Shown: positions 21,701 through 33,924 of the stretch, piece after piece
Position numbering within the stretch: the stretch's first letter is position 1
Layout of the letters: each line of letters starts with the position of its first letter
Origin: Cyanophora paradoxa CCMP329
Taxonomy: Eukaryota > Plantae > Glaucophyta
Reading direction: 5' to 3'
NCBI GenBank assembly: GCA_004431415.1
Contig: QPMI01000483.1
Coordinates: 186,001 to 250,000, forward strand
DNA: 64,000 nt
Notes under the pieces: generated by a model
Seen by the model: only the letters and a program-made list of their open reading frames with translations
Databases searched by the model: none
What the model was told of the DNA's origin: nothing
Position numbers and translations under genes: made by a program

Positions 21701-24700
21701 TCCGCTTCGGGCAGCCGCGCACGCGCCTCTCGGGGCTCGACCACCTGCGCGCCGTCGCGACCGTCGCCGGCGGGAGCGGCCCGGGCGGGGCCCCCCACCC
21801 CTACGGCTACGACGAGGAGCTCGAGGGGCGGGCGGAGGTCTGCGTGGCGCTGCGCCTGGTGGAGCGGCTGGCGCCCCTGCTCGACGACCCCGACGCCGAG
21901 ATCCGCGCCGCCGTCCTCCGCATCTTCGTCGAGGTCGCCAAGGTGCCCCCTCCCTCCCCCCCCCTCCCCCCCCCCCCCCCCCCCCCGCCTTCCCGCCCCT
22001 CCTCGCCTCCCCCTCCTCACGGCTCTGCAGCGCGCGGAGGGGCCGGGGCGCGGCCGCAGGCGGCCGGCTCGCGGCTGGTGACGGCGTTGTGCACAGGCCC
22101 CGCGGTGGCGGCGGTGGTGCGGCGCTTCCGGGCGCAGGACGAGCAGCCGCGGGCGCAGCGGCTCGCCCTCGAGATCCTCGCCCTCCTCGCCCGCGGCGAC
22201 GAGCGTGCGCCCCGGCCCCTCCCTCCCGCCCCCCGCCCCTTGCCTCACGCGCCGGCGCAGCCGCGGTCGAGGCGCTGCGCTCGGCGGACGCCTTCGCGGT
22301 GCTCGCCCGCTCGACCGCCCCGGGCCGCGTGGACGGCCGGTGGTCCGCCTCGGCGGCGGCGGCGGCGACGCGGGGCAAGGACGGGAGCGACCTCTGCTCG
22401 GCGGTGAAGGCGGCGCTGAAGGGGCTGGTGGAGGCGGGGAGCCCCGCGTGCCTGGAGGCCCTTGAGCGCTCTCAGCGGCTGCGAGCGCTGCTGGAGGCGG
22501 CCGGGGTCGACCTGCGGGGCGCCCGCTCCCTCCCCGACATCGCCGCTTCCCTCGAGGGCCTCGCCGCCGCCATCGCCCGCCGCGACCGCGCCCTGCCCCG
22601 CGGCGAGCCCCTGCAGCGCGCCGCCGGCCTCCTCGGGCGGCTCGAGGCGCTCGTCGTGCGGCGCGCCTACGTGCGGGCCGCCACGGGGGCCGACCTCGCC
22701 TCGGACCCCGCGCCCTCGCCGCCTTCCGCGCCGCCGTGGCCCTCTTCGAGGCGTGCTGGCCGGGAGCGGGGACGGGCCCCGCGCCGACCCCGCCGCCGTC
22801 GCCGTCGCCGAGGCCGCCCTCCGCCTCTTCGCCGCCGCCCTCGCCGCCGCCTTCCCCGCCCTCCCCCACCCGCTCCCCGCCGCCTTCGCTCCCGCCCCTA
22901 CGTCGCCGCCGCCCCGCCCCCGTACCCCCGCTCCCCTCGCCGAGCGCGCCGCTGCCGGAGCCGGAGCCGGCGCTGGCTTCGCTGCTGGTGGCGTGCGGGG
23001 CCGTGGCGGCGGCGGCGCGCTGCCTGGACGACCCCTTCTGGGAGGCCGGCCCGGAGCCGGCGGGGCAGGATCGGGGCATCGCCCCGCGCCCCGCCGCCGG
23101 CGCCGTGCCGCCCTCGCGCGCCCTCGCCCTCGCCAACCACCCGCTCCTCCCCGCCCGCGCCGCCGTCCAGACCCTCCTCCTCCGCTGCCTCACCGCCGCG
23201 CCGGGGCCACCCGCCCCGCGCCGGCCCCGACGCTGCCGCCGGCGCAGGGCGGCCCCTCGGCGACGCCGGCGGCGGCGGGCCAGGCGGCGCCGGCGGCGGA
23301 GCTGCTGGGGGCGCTGGCGGAGGCGGAGTTCGGGCGGCGGCTGGCGGACCACGTGCACCAGCAGGTGGAGCTGCTGCGCTCGCTGGCCCGCGTCGGGGGC
23401 CTCGAGGCGCACGTGCCCCGCTACTTCCCCGACGAGGCCGCCTTCCGCGCCCACGCCACCTCCGCCCTCCTCGCCCTCCCTCCGAGCCGCCCCCGCCGCC
23501 CCCGCCCCGGCCGCGCGGCACCCGGCGGGGAGCCTGGCTGCGGCGCGGGCGGAGGCGAGCGGGGCGGGGCGGCGGCTGCAGCAGCAGCTGCTGGCGGCCG
23601 GCTTCGTGGAGGCCGTCCTCCTCGACTACCTCCCCGACACCACCTTCGTCGGTCCGCCCACGCCTCCTCCCCCGCCCCCCGCGCCCCTCAGCGCCGCACG
23701 CAGACGTCGGCCACCGCCTCGTCCCGCGCTCCTTCATCCCCTTCGACCGCACCTTCCTCATCCGCGAGGAGGCAACGCGCCTCGCCGCCGCCCTCGCCGC
23801 CGCCCGCCCCACCGCCCCCGACGTCTTCCACGCCCTTCTCGTCTCCGTGCGCCCTCCCGCCCGCCCGCCCGCCCGCCTGCCCCGTCGAGCCGGGGCTGAC
23901 GCGTGCGGGCGAGCAGCTGCGGAAGCACGGGGTGGTGGCGTCGGAGGTGGACGTGCTGCGGGAGGCGGAGCGGCGGCCGCTGCAGGCGACGGCCCCGGCC
24001 TTCCTCGCGGCGCTGCTGCCGGCCTCGCACTACGACCCCGCGATGCACGGCCTCCTTGTCGAGGCCGGCGTCGGGCTCGACGTCGAGCGCGCGCACGCCG
24101 CCGCCCTCGAGGCCCGCCTCCGCGCCGCCCCGCGGGAGGACCCCGCCGAGGACCCCCTCGTCGCCGCCTGCCAGGCCTTCTTCGCCGTCCGCCCCCCGCC
24201 CCGCCCCTCCTTGCGCTCCCCCCTGACCTCGCCCTCGCAGGCCGTCCGGGCCCACGAGCGGCGCACGAAGCGGCCCTCTCCTCTGCTCTCCGACCAGACC
24301 CGCCGCGAGTGCGCGCGCCGCGCTCCAGGCGCCGCCTTCCGCCTAACCTAACCCACGGGCCGGCCGCAGCCCGGCGGCGGGGACGAGGCCGGCGTCGCGT
24401 CGGCGCTCATCTCGGACCACCTGCGCGCGGGGTCCGCCCCGCAGGGCCCCGCCGGCCTCGCCCATCTCACGGCCGCCACAGGCTGATCGAGGCGGAGAAG
24501 GCGGGGGTGGCGCCGGCGCCGGGGCCCGCGGCGACGGACCCCGGCGAGAGCGACGCGGTGGCCGCCGAGGGCCCGCCCCGCACCCTCCACGACCCCGAGC
24601 GCCGCGCGCCCGCCTCCCGGCCCCAGCGCAAGCCCCAGGAGCCCGTCCGGTCCGGCCCACGCCGCTTTTCTCGCGCCGGGCCCCGCTGAGCCGCCCCGCA

Positions 24701-25104
24701 GGAGACCCCAGGCGGCGCCCCCGCGGGAGCGCTGGGCCGAGGCCGCCCCGCCCCCCGACGAGCCCGACATGCGGTCCGGCCCCCTCCGACCCCCGTCATA
24801 GGGGGTCGCTCACTCGAGGCGCAGGGACGAGGCGGCGCGCGGTCAGATCCGGACGCTGCTGCGCGCCTCGGCGGCGGCGGGGCGGGCGCCCATCGCGCAG
24901 CCGGCGGCGCGGGCCCCCTCGCGGGGCCGCGGCGGGGCGCGGGACCGCTACGCCGAAGTGGACGCGGAGGAGTACGAGGCGCAGCTGGAGAACCGCTTCT
25001 ACGACCCCAACCAGGCGCCCCACTACCCCGCCCGCTTCCAGCCCGACCCCCGCTCCGCCCACCCGCGCAAGGCCACGCCCAAGCGGCGCTACGTCGTTTC
25101 TTAG
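15796..25104 (+). CDS. Very large protein: beta-propeller/WD40 repeats, protein-kinase-fold (pseudokinase) domain and C-terminal ARM/HEAT-like helical region
   Basis: WD40: DATVRVWD, LQGHTRAVTDVAY...LVSASLDRSIRFWD; kinase C-lobe: YLPPEHF, YDVWCFGCLLFEMVFGRPP, LDLIRACLAVDPKRRP; HEAT-like LAPLLDDPDAEIRAAVLRIF; many short introns; the single-gene model is inferred. Confidence 0.65.
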
Positions 25105-25231
25105 TGGATAGGCTAGCACTGTACGTTGAATTTAGCAAATTTGATCCGGCGGGAGGGGTACAGTGCATTTTGGCTGCTGCTCGCCTGCCGCTTCCTGCGG
25201 GATCCGGAGCGCGCAGCGGACCCACAGAGAG

Positions 25232-26522
25232 ATGGGACCGCTTCAAGGCAGGGGCGGCGACGAAGGCATGCCGCAGCGGCGACGGCCGGCCGAGGAGAGC
25301 AAGCCCGTTCCGCGCTGCGGCGGCTCAGGTCTGGAGTGCGATTCGGAATTGCTGACGAGCCCGCGGAGCCGAACGCCCGAGCCGAAGTGTCCCTTGCCGG
25401 CCAAGGTGCGCCATGCGCATGGAACCTGGCCCGCCGGGCGTCATTCTTTGCACTTTGCTCTGTTTTCATCTCTTCTCGCTCTGAGACGCTCCGCAAGGAC
25501 GTGGACCCGAACGCGGCGGACGTGGCCAATCTACTCTCAGAACTGTGTGAACAGTTTCTGTATGAGGGAAATCAAGAAGAAGCGAATCTGTGTAGCCGCG
25601 TGCGTGGATCGCCGGCGCCGATCCGATGCGGGTGCGCTAACGGAGCTTTCGCAGCGCGCGACGCTGATCCGGAGCGGGCAACGCGCCGTGGATTACGAGG
25701 ACTTGATCTGCAGCATGAACAACTTGTCAACGTTGTACATTGCCCGGAAGGCGCACGACAAGGCCGTCGCCCTTCTGAAGGTCGGCCGGCCGCCTACCGT
25801 CCTCCCGCGGCCCCCTGAGCGCCCCGCACGCAGCAAGCGCTGGAGTATGGCTCGAAGCTGCGGCCCGGGCACCCCCACGTGGCGACTGTCCTCAACAACT
25901 TGGGTGCGGGTGCCCTGTCGGCCGCGCCCCCCGCGCGCTGCCGCTGAGGTGGCGCGGGCGCAGCGGGCCTGCACGAGATGGCCGGCAACAGTGCCGACGC
26001 GGAGCGCCTCATGCGGGTCCGGCGCCACCGGGGCGCGCGGGGCGGCGCGCGCTGACGCCGCCGCAGCAACTGCTGGCGATCAGCGAGGCGGCGTTCGGGC
26101 CGTCGCACCCCGACGTGGGGGGCACCCTCCACAACCTCGCCCTTATTCTCCAGCGCGGCGGCCGGCCCGCCGAGGCCGAGCCCCTCTTCCAGGCGCGCCG
26201 CCCCGCCGCGCCGGCCCGCCCGGGCCGCCCCGCGCCGGCCGCGCTGACGGGGGGCGTGCAGCGGTCGCTGGGGGTGCTGGAGGGGGCGCTGGGGCGGCGG
26301 CACCCGAGCGTGGCGACCCTCCTCGCGAACCTCGCGGAGCTCTACGCGCGCCAGGGCCGCCACGCGGAGGCCGCCCCGCTCCTCAAGGTCCCCGCCCCGC
26401 GCAGCCGAGCACACCCCCGCTCACGCCCTCGCCCCGCGCAGCAAATCGAGGACATACGCCTCGTCCAGTCGGGCGGCGTCCGCACCCCGCGCCGCTGCGC
26501 CGGCCGCTCCTCGCTCCGCTGA
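25232..26522 (+). CDS. TPR-repeat protein (kinesin-light-chain/NPHP3-like TPRs); start uncertain
   Basis: HPHVATVLNNL, FGPSHPDVGGTLHNLALILQRGGRPAEAEPLF, HPSVATLLANLAELYARQGRHAEAAPLL. Confidence 0.8.
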
Positions 26523-27639
26523 GGCCCCGCCGGCGCCCCTTTCTTCATTTCCTACTGTACTCTAGCTGACTTTTTGTACATCGGGTTTAGCTGTTTTTGC
26601 ACTCTAGCTGGCTTTTGTTTATCGGGTTTCTAACTGGAGGTTTCCTCCTTGTATTTCACCCATTTCTCCTCTTTCATAGAAGCACCTTTCCCCCTCATTG
26701 TATCGTGGTTTCCTCCCCTGGGCAGGGCCTGTGGGCTATGTCCATTTGTGTACAATTTTGCCGAGTTGCTTGTGTGTAGTCATAATCTGTGTGTAGCCTT
26801 GTCCAGTTTCGATTTAGCCCTAGTTAGCGTGCTTTCGAAGTTTGGTAGCAGACTCTGAGATATCGATACCTCATCGTGACACGTGATGTTCGCTAGCGAT
26901 TCAGCGGTGAGCCTGCTAGCAGCACATATCTTGTCATCGGATCTACGCCGGAATTCGATCCAAATTTCGAAGCTTGCATCGCCGAGTCGGCCCGGCGGAT
27001 CCGATGCTTTACAAATTTCCAATCTCGATCTCTACCGATCAGCCGTAGTACCGTAGTACCGATCAGCCGCTGAGCCCCGCGCGCGCGGGGGGCCGGGCCG
27101 GCGCTGATCATGAGTGCATCAAGCCTGGCATCGCCGACTCGCGGCGAGTCGGAGTCCGACGGCAACCAACCGTTGAACTGGACAACTGCAGCTGGGCCAC
27201 TCAGTGGGCCAGGGCTCGGGTGCCGCGCCGGCGGTTGCCGCGGAGCCGCCTCCGGCCGAGGCCGGGCCGCCGGGCCGATAATCTGATAATCAGGCCCGGC
27301 CAAGCCTCAGGGCCTGAAGGCCCGAGAGGCCCGAGCTCGAGGGGGGGAACATGGTGATTAGCCTAGTAGATCCGATGATCATCGAACTCGGGATCAGAGT
27401 CGCCGCGTAGTAGCCTCATGATCAGCTGCAGAGCCTCTCAGAGCCTCGGAGTCTAATCATGAATCCGATGATCATCGGATCGTTGAACATAGTGATCATG
27501 ATTCCCGGAGGACTCGGAGCTTCGTCAGTGGCCATGGAGAGCGGCCTCGGAGGGCCAAGTGCAAATTTACTCCGACTGACTTTCAAGGTTAGCCAAGTAG
27601 CGAAAATTTCAATTTGGCCCACGCCGTGACGAGGTCACG

Positions 27640-27656
27640 CACACACACACACACAC
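27640..27656. repeat. (CA)n microsatellite
   Basis: cacacacacacacacac. Confidence 0.8.
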
Positions 27657-28018
27657 TCCTACGGATGAAAACGAAAGGCTGCTCTACAGAAAGGTACACA
27701 CCATACCGGTCCCTGACACGAAGCGGCTGGGCGCTTCGGTATCTGTCTGCTTTACATAATGATAGAGAGATAAGGACTGAGCCCCCAGCGGCGACTGTTG
27801 GCGGTGATAGTGACGGAGACTTCAAAAAACGTGCCGATGCTCTGAGAGAAGCCTGAAATATGAAGTCCGACGAGAGGAGCTCGCTGAGAAACAATACCCA
27901 ATACTCCCCAGGGGAGGCCCGGGGGCGACGAGGAGGGTCCCTCCCGCCTCACATGAGCTGGACCTACCTCGCCGATCAGGGGCCTGGCGGCGGCGGCGGC
28001 GGCGGCGGCGGGGGGCTC

Positions 28019-31000
28019 TTAGAGGTCGAGACGCGCCTTGGTGAGGTCGAGCTCGAGGGCGCCCTTGTCGGCGGGGGCGAAGTACGAGGCCGGCACGCCG
28101 ACGCGCTCGAGGGCCTTGGCGTCCTCCTTGCCCGCCACAAGCTTCCGGTAGTTCTCCGACTGCGCCATCGCCAGCAGGTACCGCTGCATCGCCTGCTCCA
28201 CCACGCCCTGCGCCCCCCGCTGCCTTCAGCCGCGCCGGCGCGGCGACGGCGGGCGGGCGGGGCGGGGCGGGCGGGGCGCACGTCGAGGGCGACGAGGGCG
28301 TACTCGGCGGTGGAGTGGGCGGGGGCGGCCGAGACGCGGGAGAGGCGGGCGAGGGCGAGGAGGGCGCCGGTGGCGTCGTCGACGGCGACCGAGGCGATCT
28401 CGTGGACGTACTCGCCCATGCAGATGTGCACGAAGCGGGAGCGGAAGGCGGGGATGAGCGGCGCCCGCGGCGCGAAGCGCGCCTCGAAGGCGGCCTTGGC
28501 GCGCTCGTTCTGCGAGAGGGCCGCGATGTACGGCTCGTCCTCCATGCGCACCGGCCGCAGCGTCACCTGCCGCCAGCGTCAGCGCCGAGGGGCGGGGGTG
28601 GGCCGCCCGGCGGGGGCGGGGCGCGCCTTGCGGCCGTCGGGGAGGGCGGTGTGGCGGATGTACTCGACGGGGTAGGGGCGGAGGGCGGGCACGGGGAGGG
28701 ACTCGAGCTTGACCTCCTTCTCGTGGAGGACGACGCGCGCGTCGAGCGCGATGACCGTCTCCGCCGACACGAAGAGCGGGTTGATGTCCAGCTCCTTGAT
28801 GTACGGGTGGTCGCAGATCAGCTGCGAGAAGTTGAGCATCGCCTTCACGACCTGCGCCCGCCCGCCCACGCCCCGTCAGAGTGGCCCGCGCGGCCGCTGC
28901 GGGGGCGCCCGACGCCGCGCGCCTTGCTGGTGTCGATGGGGGCGCGCCCGCGGACGCCCTTGAAGACGTGGTAGATCTTCGTCTCCTCGAGCATGCGCAG
29001 CTGCGGACCGGCGGCTCGGCGCGGCCCCGGGGCGGGGGCGGGGGGAAGGGCGGGGCGGGGCGGGGCGGACCGCGGAGGCGGCGGTGAGGGGCGGGAGGGC
29101 GAGGGCCGAGTCCTTGTAGACCTCGACGAGGGTGCCGCCCGTGCCGAAGAGCAGCACGGGGCCCACCTGCCCGTCGATGTTCGCCCCCACGATCGTCTCG
29201 TAGCCCTCCCCCAGCTTGAGCATGCGCTGCACAGTCGCCCCTTCGAACGCCTGCCCCCGCCCCGCCGCTCAGCGCCGCGGAGACCTTCGGTACATCTTCC
29301 AGGAGGAAGGAGCGGGGCACCTCCTTGGGGATCTTGGGGTTGGTGGCCATCGACTTGAAGGCCGCCTTGACCATCTCGGCGTTGGTGAGGTTGAGGTGCA
29401 CGCCTCCCACGTCCGCCTTGTGCGTGATCACCGTCGAGTCGAGCTTCACCACCACGGGGTACCCGATCGCGTCCGCGTGCGCGGCGAGCGTGTCGGCGTC
29501 CGTCGCGCGGCGCATGTCCGTCACCGGGATGCGGTACAGCGCCAGCATGCGCTTCGACTCGTACTCCGGGAGGAAGACCTGCCCCGCCGCCGCTCAGGGG
29601 GGCCGAGGGCGCGGGAGCTGGGGGCGGGCCGCGGGCACCTGGCCGCGGGCGCGGGCAGACTCGATCATGGCGGCGACCTCCTGGCGGGCGGCGGCGGGGA
29701 TCTCGTCGGCGACGACGGAGACGGGCGCCGGGGGCGGCTGGTAGAGGCGCTCCAGGCGCGAGCTGTACTGCCACATGTAGTTGAAGGTCTTCGCCGCCAG
29801 GTCGGGCAGCTCGAAGACCGCGATGCCGGCCTGCTTCAGGATCTCCCGCCCCGCCTCCACCTCGTGCCCGCCCATCCACACCGCGAAGATCGGCTTGTCC
29901 TTGGCCCTGCCGCCCGCCCCGCTCAGCCCGAGCGCACGGAAAAGGAAGGGAAAGGAATGGAAGGGGAGGGGCGGACCCGCCGAGGTACTGGACGATGCGC
30001 TTGGCGCTCTCGGTGGACTCGGTCATGGCCTGGGGCGTCAGGATGACCACCACGCCGTCGATGTTCGGGTCCTTCGCGATCACCTGCCGCCCCGCTCGCC
30101 CCCGCGCCCCCGCCAGCGCGCGCGGCGGGCGGACCTCGGTCGTGCGGGCGTAGTGCTCGGCGTTGGCGTCGCCGATGATGTCGACGGGGTTGCTGTGCGA
30201 CCAGACGGACGGCAGGAACGTGTTGAGCGCGGCGTAGGTCTCCGCAGAGCTGTACGAGGGTCAGGGAGAGGCATAGGCGGCCAGCGGGCAGAGCCGGCTC
30301 GGCGCGCACAGCTCAGCCAGCGTGCCGCCACCAAGGGAGAGAGCGTCTGTGCAGAGAATGCCGGGGCCGCCGGCGTTCGTGATGATGGCCAGGCTGGCGT
30401 GCCGGGTCAGGTCGGGCAGCGGCATCGCGTGCGACAGGCCGCGCACCGGTTGCCCTTGGGGATGGGCTGCGTCGCCAGCACGTCGCAGAGCTCGTAAATG
30501 TCGCTAGAGTCCGGCACGCGGAGCGCGCCACAGCGGGCGAAGACAGCGTCCATGACCACGTCACCGCCCGTCATCTGAACGACCGTCAGGGCTGAGTGGC
30601 GTCATGCGCTGCTTGGTCGTGCGCACAGTGCCGGTGTGCGACGCAGCAGCCTTCGCGCCTGCTTCGGAGCGGCCGGCCTTGATAACGACGACGGGCTTGT
30701 GCAGCGAGACTGCGCTGAGCGATAAGAGAGGCTGCTGCACTTGCACTCCAGGCTGCGCGGGAACGCACCACGGCGAGCGGCCGCCATAGTCTCACGAGCC
30801 TTGCCAATGGTTTCCATGTAGATGACAATGCCGGAGCAGCGCGGATCGGCCGCGAGGTAGTCTGAGCCGCGCAGTGAGCTAAAGTTCTCACACGGATAAG
30901 CCAGCCATATCCTGCGCACCCAGCATATCGGACCATTCGATATCAGACATAGATCCAAGCGATACAACGTGCGAGAAACCGAAGTCCTGCGCGGCGCGTG

Positions 31001-32014
31001 TAAGATGCGGCCAAGGGGCAGGCGCGAGGAATCTTGGGCTAGTGGCGTCTCACTTCGAAGCGAGCCCAATCCAGAAGCGCGCAGATGAGTGCGCCAGACT
31101 GGCTGACAAGCGCTACGTTGCCGCGAATGCAAGGCGCGGTGGCGGGGCCAAAAGAGGCGTTGATACCTGGAGGACGGACCGCGTCAGCACGCGCGTACAA
31201 TTGTAAAGCATGCGTGCTACGAGTTCCGCAACGCACAGCTGAGGGAGGAAGAGACGCCGAGGCAGTTCGGGCCGATGATCCGGATGTTGTACTTGTGGGC
31301 AGTCTCCAACACTTGCCGCTACGCAAACGGCTCGCTAAGATGCCTAATGGCTGGAAACGCGACGGAAAAAACGCGCGCTCGCGCACCAGGAGCTCCTTGC
31401 CCGCATCGCCGACTTGCTCTTCTTGGAAACCCGCGGAGATGATGATCACGCCGCGGACGCCCTTCTTGCCGCATTCTTCAATGACGGGCGGAACATTCTT
31501 TGCCGGGATGCAGATCTGCGGGGCGTGGTCATGCCGCCGACGCATCGAATGCCCGGACACCCCGCGAACCACGACGAGGTCGACGTCGTCGGGGCAGCCC
31601 AGGACGCTGGTGTAGCACTTCACGCCGAGGACGTCGGGGCGCTTCGGGTTGATCCCGTAGACCTTGGCGCCGGAGGGGGAGACGACGAGGTTCTCGATGA
31701 CGGTGCGCCCCACGCTTCCCTCTTTTTCCGTGGCGCCGACGACGGCAATGCCGCGAGGGAAAAAGAAGCAGTCTAGCGGGTGCCCGGTGCCCGAGGCGGG
31801 CGTATTCGTGTTGATCACTTTGAGGTTGGCTGCAGCAGCGTGAGCAGGGCGCGCGGACGGCCGCGGGAGGCCGCCTCGAACCTTCAGCCATCTTGTAGAT
31901 GCCGCCGAAGCTGCTGCTGGTTTGCTGGTTGCGATAATGTCAATGTCCCTTGTCCTTTGTGAGGCAATGGCGCGGGGGGGATACAGCAAGGGACAAGTTG
32001 CACAAACGCGTCAT
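28019..32014 (-). CDS. ADP-forming acetate-CoA ligase (fused alpha+beta) with C-terminal GNAT-like domain
   Basis: PLDCFFFPRGIAVVGATEKEGSVG, IIGPNCLG, VALVSQSGA, VIKAGRSEAGAKAAASHTG, IITNAGGPGIL, YPVVVKLDSTVITHKADVGGVHLNL, GPVLLFGTGG, IKELDINPL, ALDARV, then RPYP...LPDG..VTLRPVRMEDEP; exon 1 32014-32004. Confidence 0.9.
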
Positions 32015-32468
32015 CGCGATCGCGTCCGCCGCCGCGTCATGCTTCCCGCCATTGGCAACTTAGCCAAAGCACGTGCATGCGTCTGGCCCGGGCCGCTCAG
32101 CCGCGGCTGACCATGAGCTGATCTGATCTGACGGCGCGACGGCACTGCGGCAAGGCCGCGCGCCCACGCGTACGTACGCGTACGCGTGCGCATGCGCGCG
32201 CTCAGTGAGTCAGCTGCAGCGACCCAGCTGGCCAGCGGCCGACCGCGGTATACGTAAGCTGCGAATGTGCATGTGCGCGCGCATGCGCAGGACTGATTAA
32301 TATTCAGCTGCCGCAGTGCAGCTAGCACGCGCGCAAGCGCGTGAGACAATTGCAAAGTAGAAGATTCAAGAAGCTTTGTGTACTGTACAAGCATATATGT
32401 GCACAGGCTAGCACTGCGCATGCGCACACGCACTCAAGCTTTATCTCAGAGTCTAGCGATCGCGAGCC

Positions 32469-33924
32469 TCACGCGGAGTTCCAGCAGCTCCGGCAGGCCG
32501 CGTCACGATCAGAAGCTGCCGATGCATCCCACCCCCTGAGCTTCGCGTTCGCCCTGATCTCCTGAGCTTCCTGCGCACCCGCGCGGCCGCGGTTAAAGGC
32601 TAGCAAGACGGAAGTCGAGGGGGCTCGAGCTCTGTCCACGTGCACGCGCCTGGAGGAGAGGGGCGGCATCGGCGTGGCGGCCCTGCCGGGAGTAGAGCTC
32701 GGAGAGATTCGCGAGAACGGTTGCGGCACTCTCGTCGTGCTGCCCCAGAGCTGGCGACGCCGACCGCTCCCGCTTGAGGATCTCCAGCGCCCGCTGCGGC
32801 GATGGGCCCGTCAAGAAAAGCAGACGCGCGCTGTAGACCAGACTCCAGATCGCAAGCACTCGCCTTGAAGCCGGCCTCGGCCTCGGCGGGGCGGCCGCGC
32901 GAGAGGTGGAGCCACGCGAGGTTGTTCAGCGAGCCGGCCACGTCCGGGTGGGACGGGCCCAGCGCCGCCTCGCAGACCTCCAGCGACCTCTGCGCGCAGC
33001 GCCCGACGCCGCTCGTGATCAGGCCGGGGTTCAAACAGCAGCGGACGAGGCCCGGCTGCAGGGCGCTCGAGCCGGCCGCGCGGGGCTTCCGGACCTGTGC
33101 GAGGGGCTCGGCAGCTTCGAGGTCGCCCCGGAGTTCGTGGATGCCCGCAAGATTGGAGAGCACGGTCGCCAGGTGTGCGTGCGGCCCCGGGCCGAGGGCC
33201 GTCTCCGCGAGCTTGAGGGCTTGCTGCAAGAAGAGTCAGCGGCCGGGCCGGGGCGCAGCAGAGCGCTACAGTAAACGCGGAGCGAACCTTCAGGAGGGTG
33301 AATGCGTCATCCAGGCGCCCGCCTTGGACGTGGTGGCAGCAGAGATTGTTTATGCACGAAATCAGGTCCTCGGGCGGCGGCGCTCGAGCCCGTCCATGTC
33401 GCAACAGGACCGCTTGCTGCGCAGCAGCTGCAAGTTCAACGCTTAAAGGCCAAGCCTATAGCTAAGTATGCGATTCAGGCTCACAGAAGAACAGTTCTTT
33501 GCGGCGGCGAAGTCTCCCTCGTTCCGGTAGTGCTTCGCGAGATTGCATAGGATCGCCGGTACGTCCGGCTCCCGCAGCTGCAATCGAGGCAACAATCAAT
33601 TTCCGGTGCGGGCGGACGACGCATGCAAGCTACCTCTCCAGGCAATTGTTTGATCTCCTTGCAGGCATCCGCAACGGTGCCGGCATCCGGCGCCGGCGGC
33701 GCAGCGCCGTGCGCCGGCGTCGGCGGCTCTCCCGGTCGAACACGGACCGATACTGGGGAGACGGGCGCTGATGTCGACACTTCCTTTAGGGGCGTTCCGC
33801 TCTCGAAGGGAAGGGCTGGAGAATTCGAAGGGGCTTTTCCAGGCCAAACGGCTTCAGACTTCCTCTCCTTGCTCGAGGAAGGCGAGCCCCGCACGCCAGC
33901 AGCTGCGCTTGACCCGCAACCCAT
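32469..33924 (-). CDS. TPR-repeat protein with N-terminal MGCGSS acylation motif (paralogue of 25232-26522)
   Basis: MGCGSSAAAG; EDLISCINNL; HLATVLSNLAGIHELRGDLEAAEPL; LGPSHPDVAGSLNNLAWL; ATVLANLSELYSRQGRHADAAPLL. Confidence 0.85.

Noticed and set aside
27880-27905. GCTGAGAAACAATACCC resembling part of a TPP riboswitch
   Set aside because: The downstream ACCTGAT...GCG.AGG core is absent and it lies antisense to the ACD 3' region.
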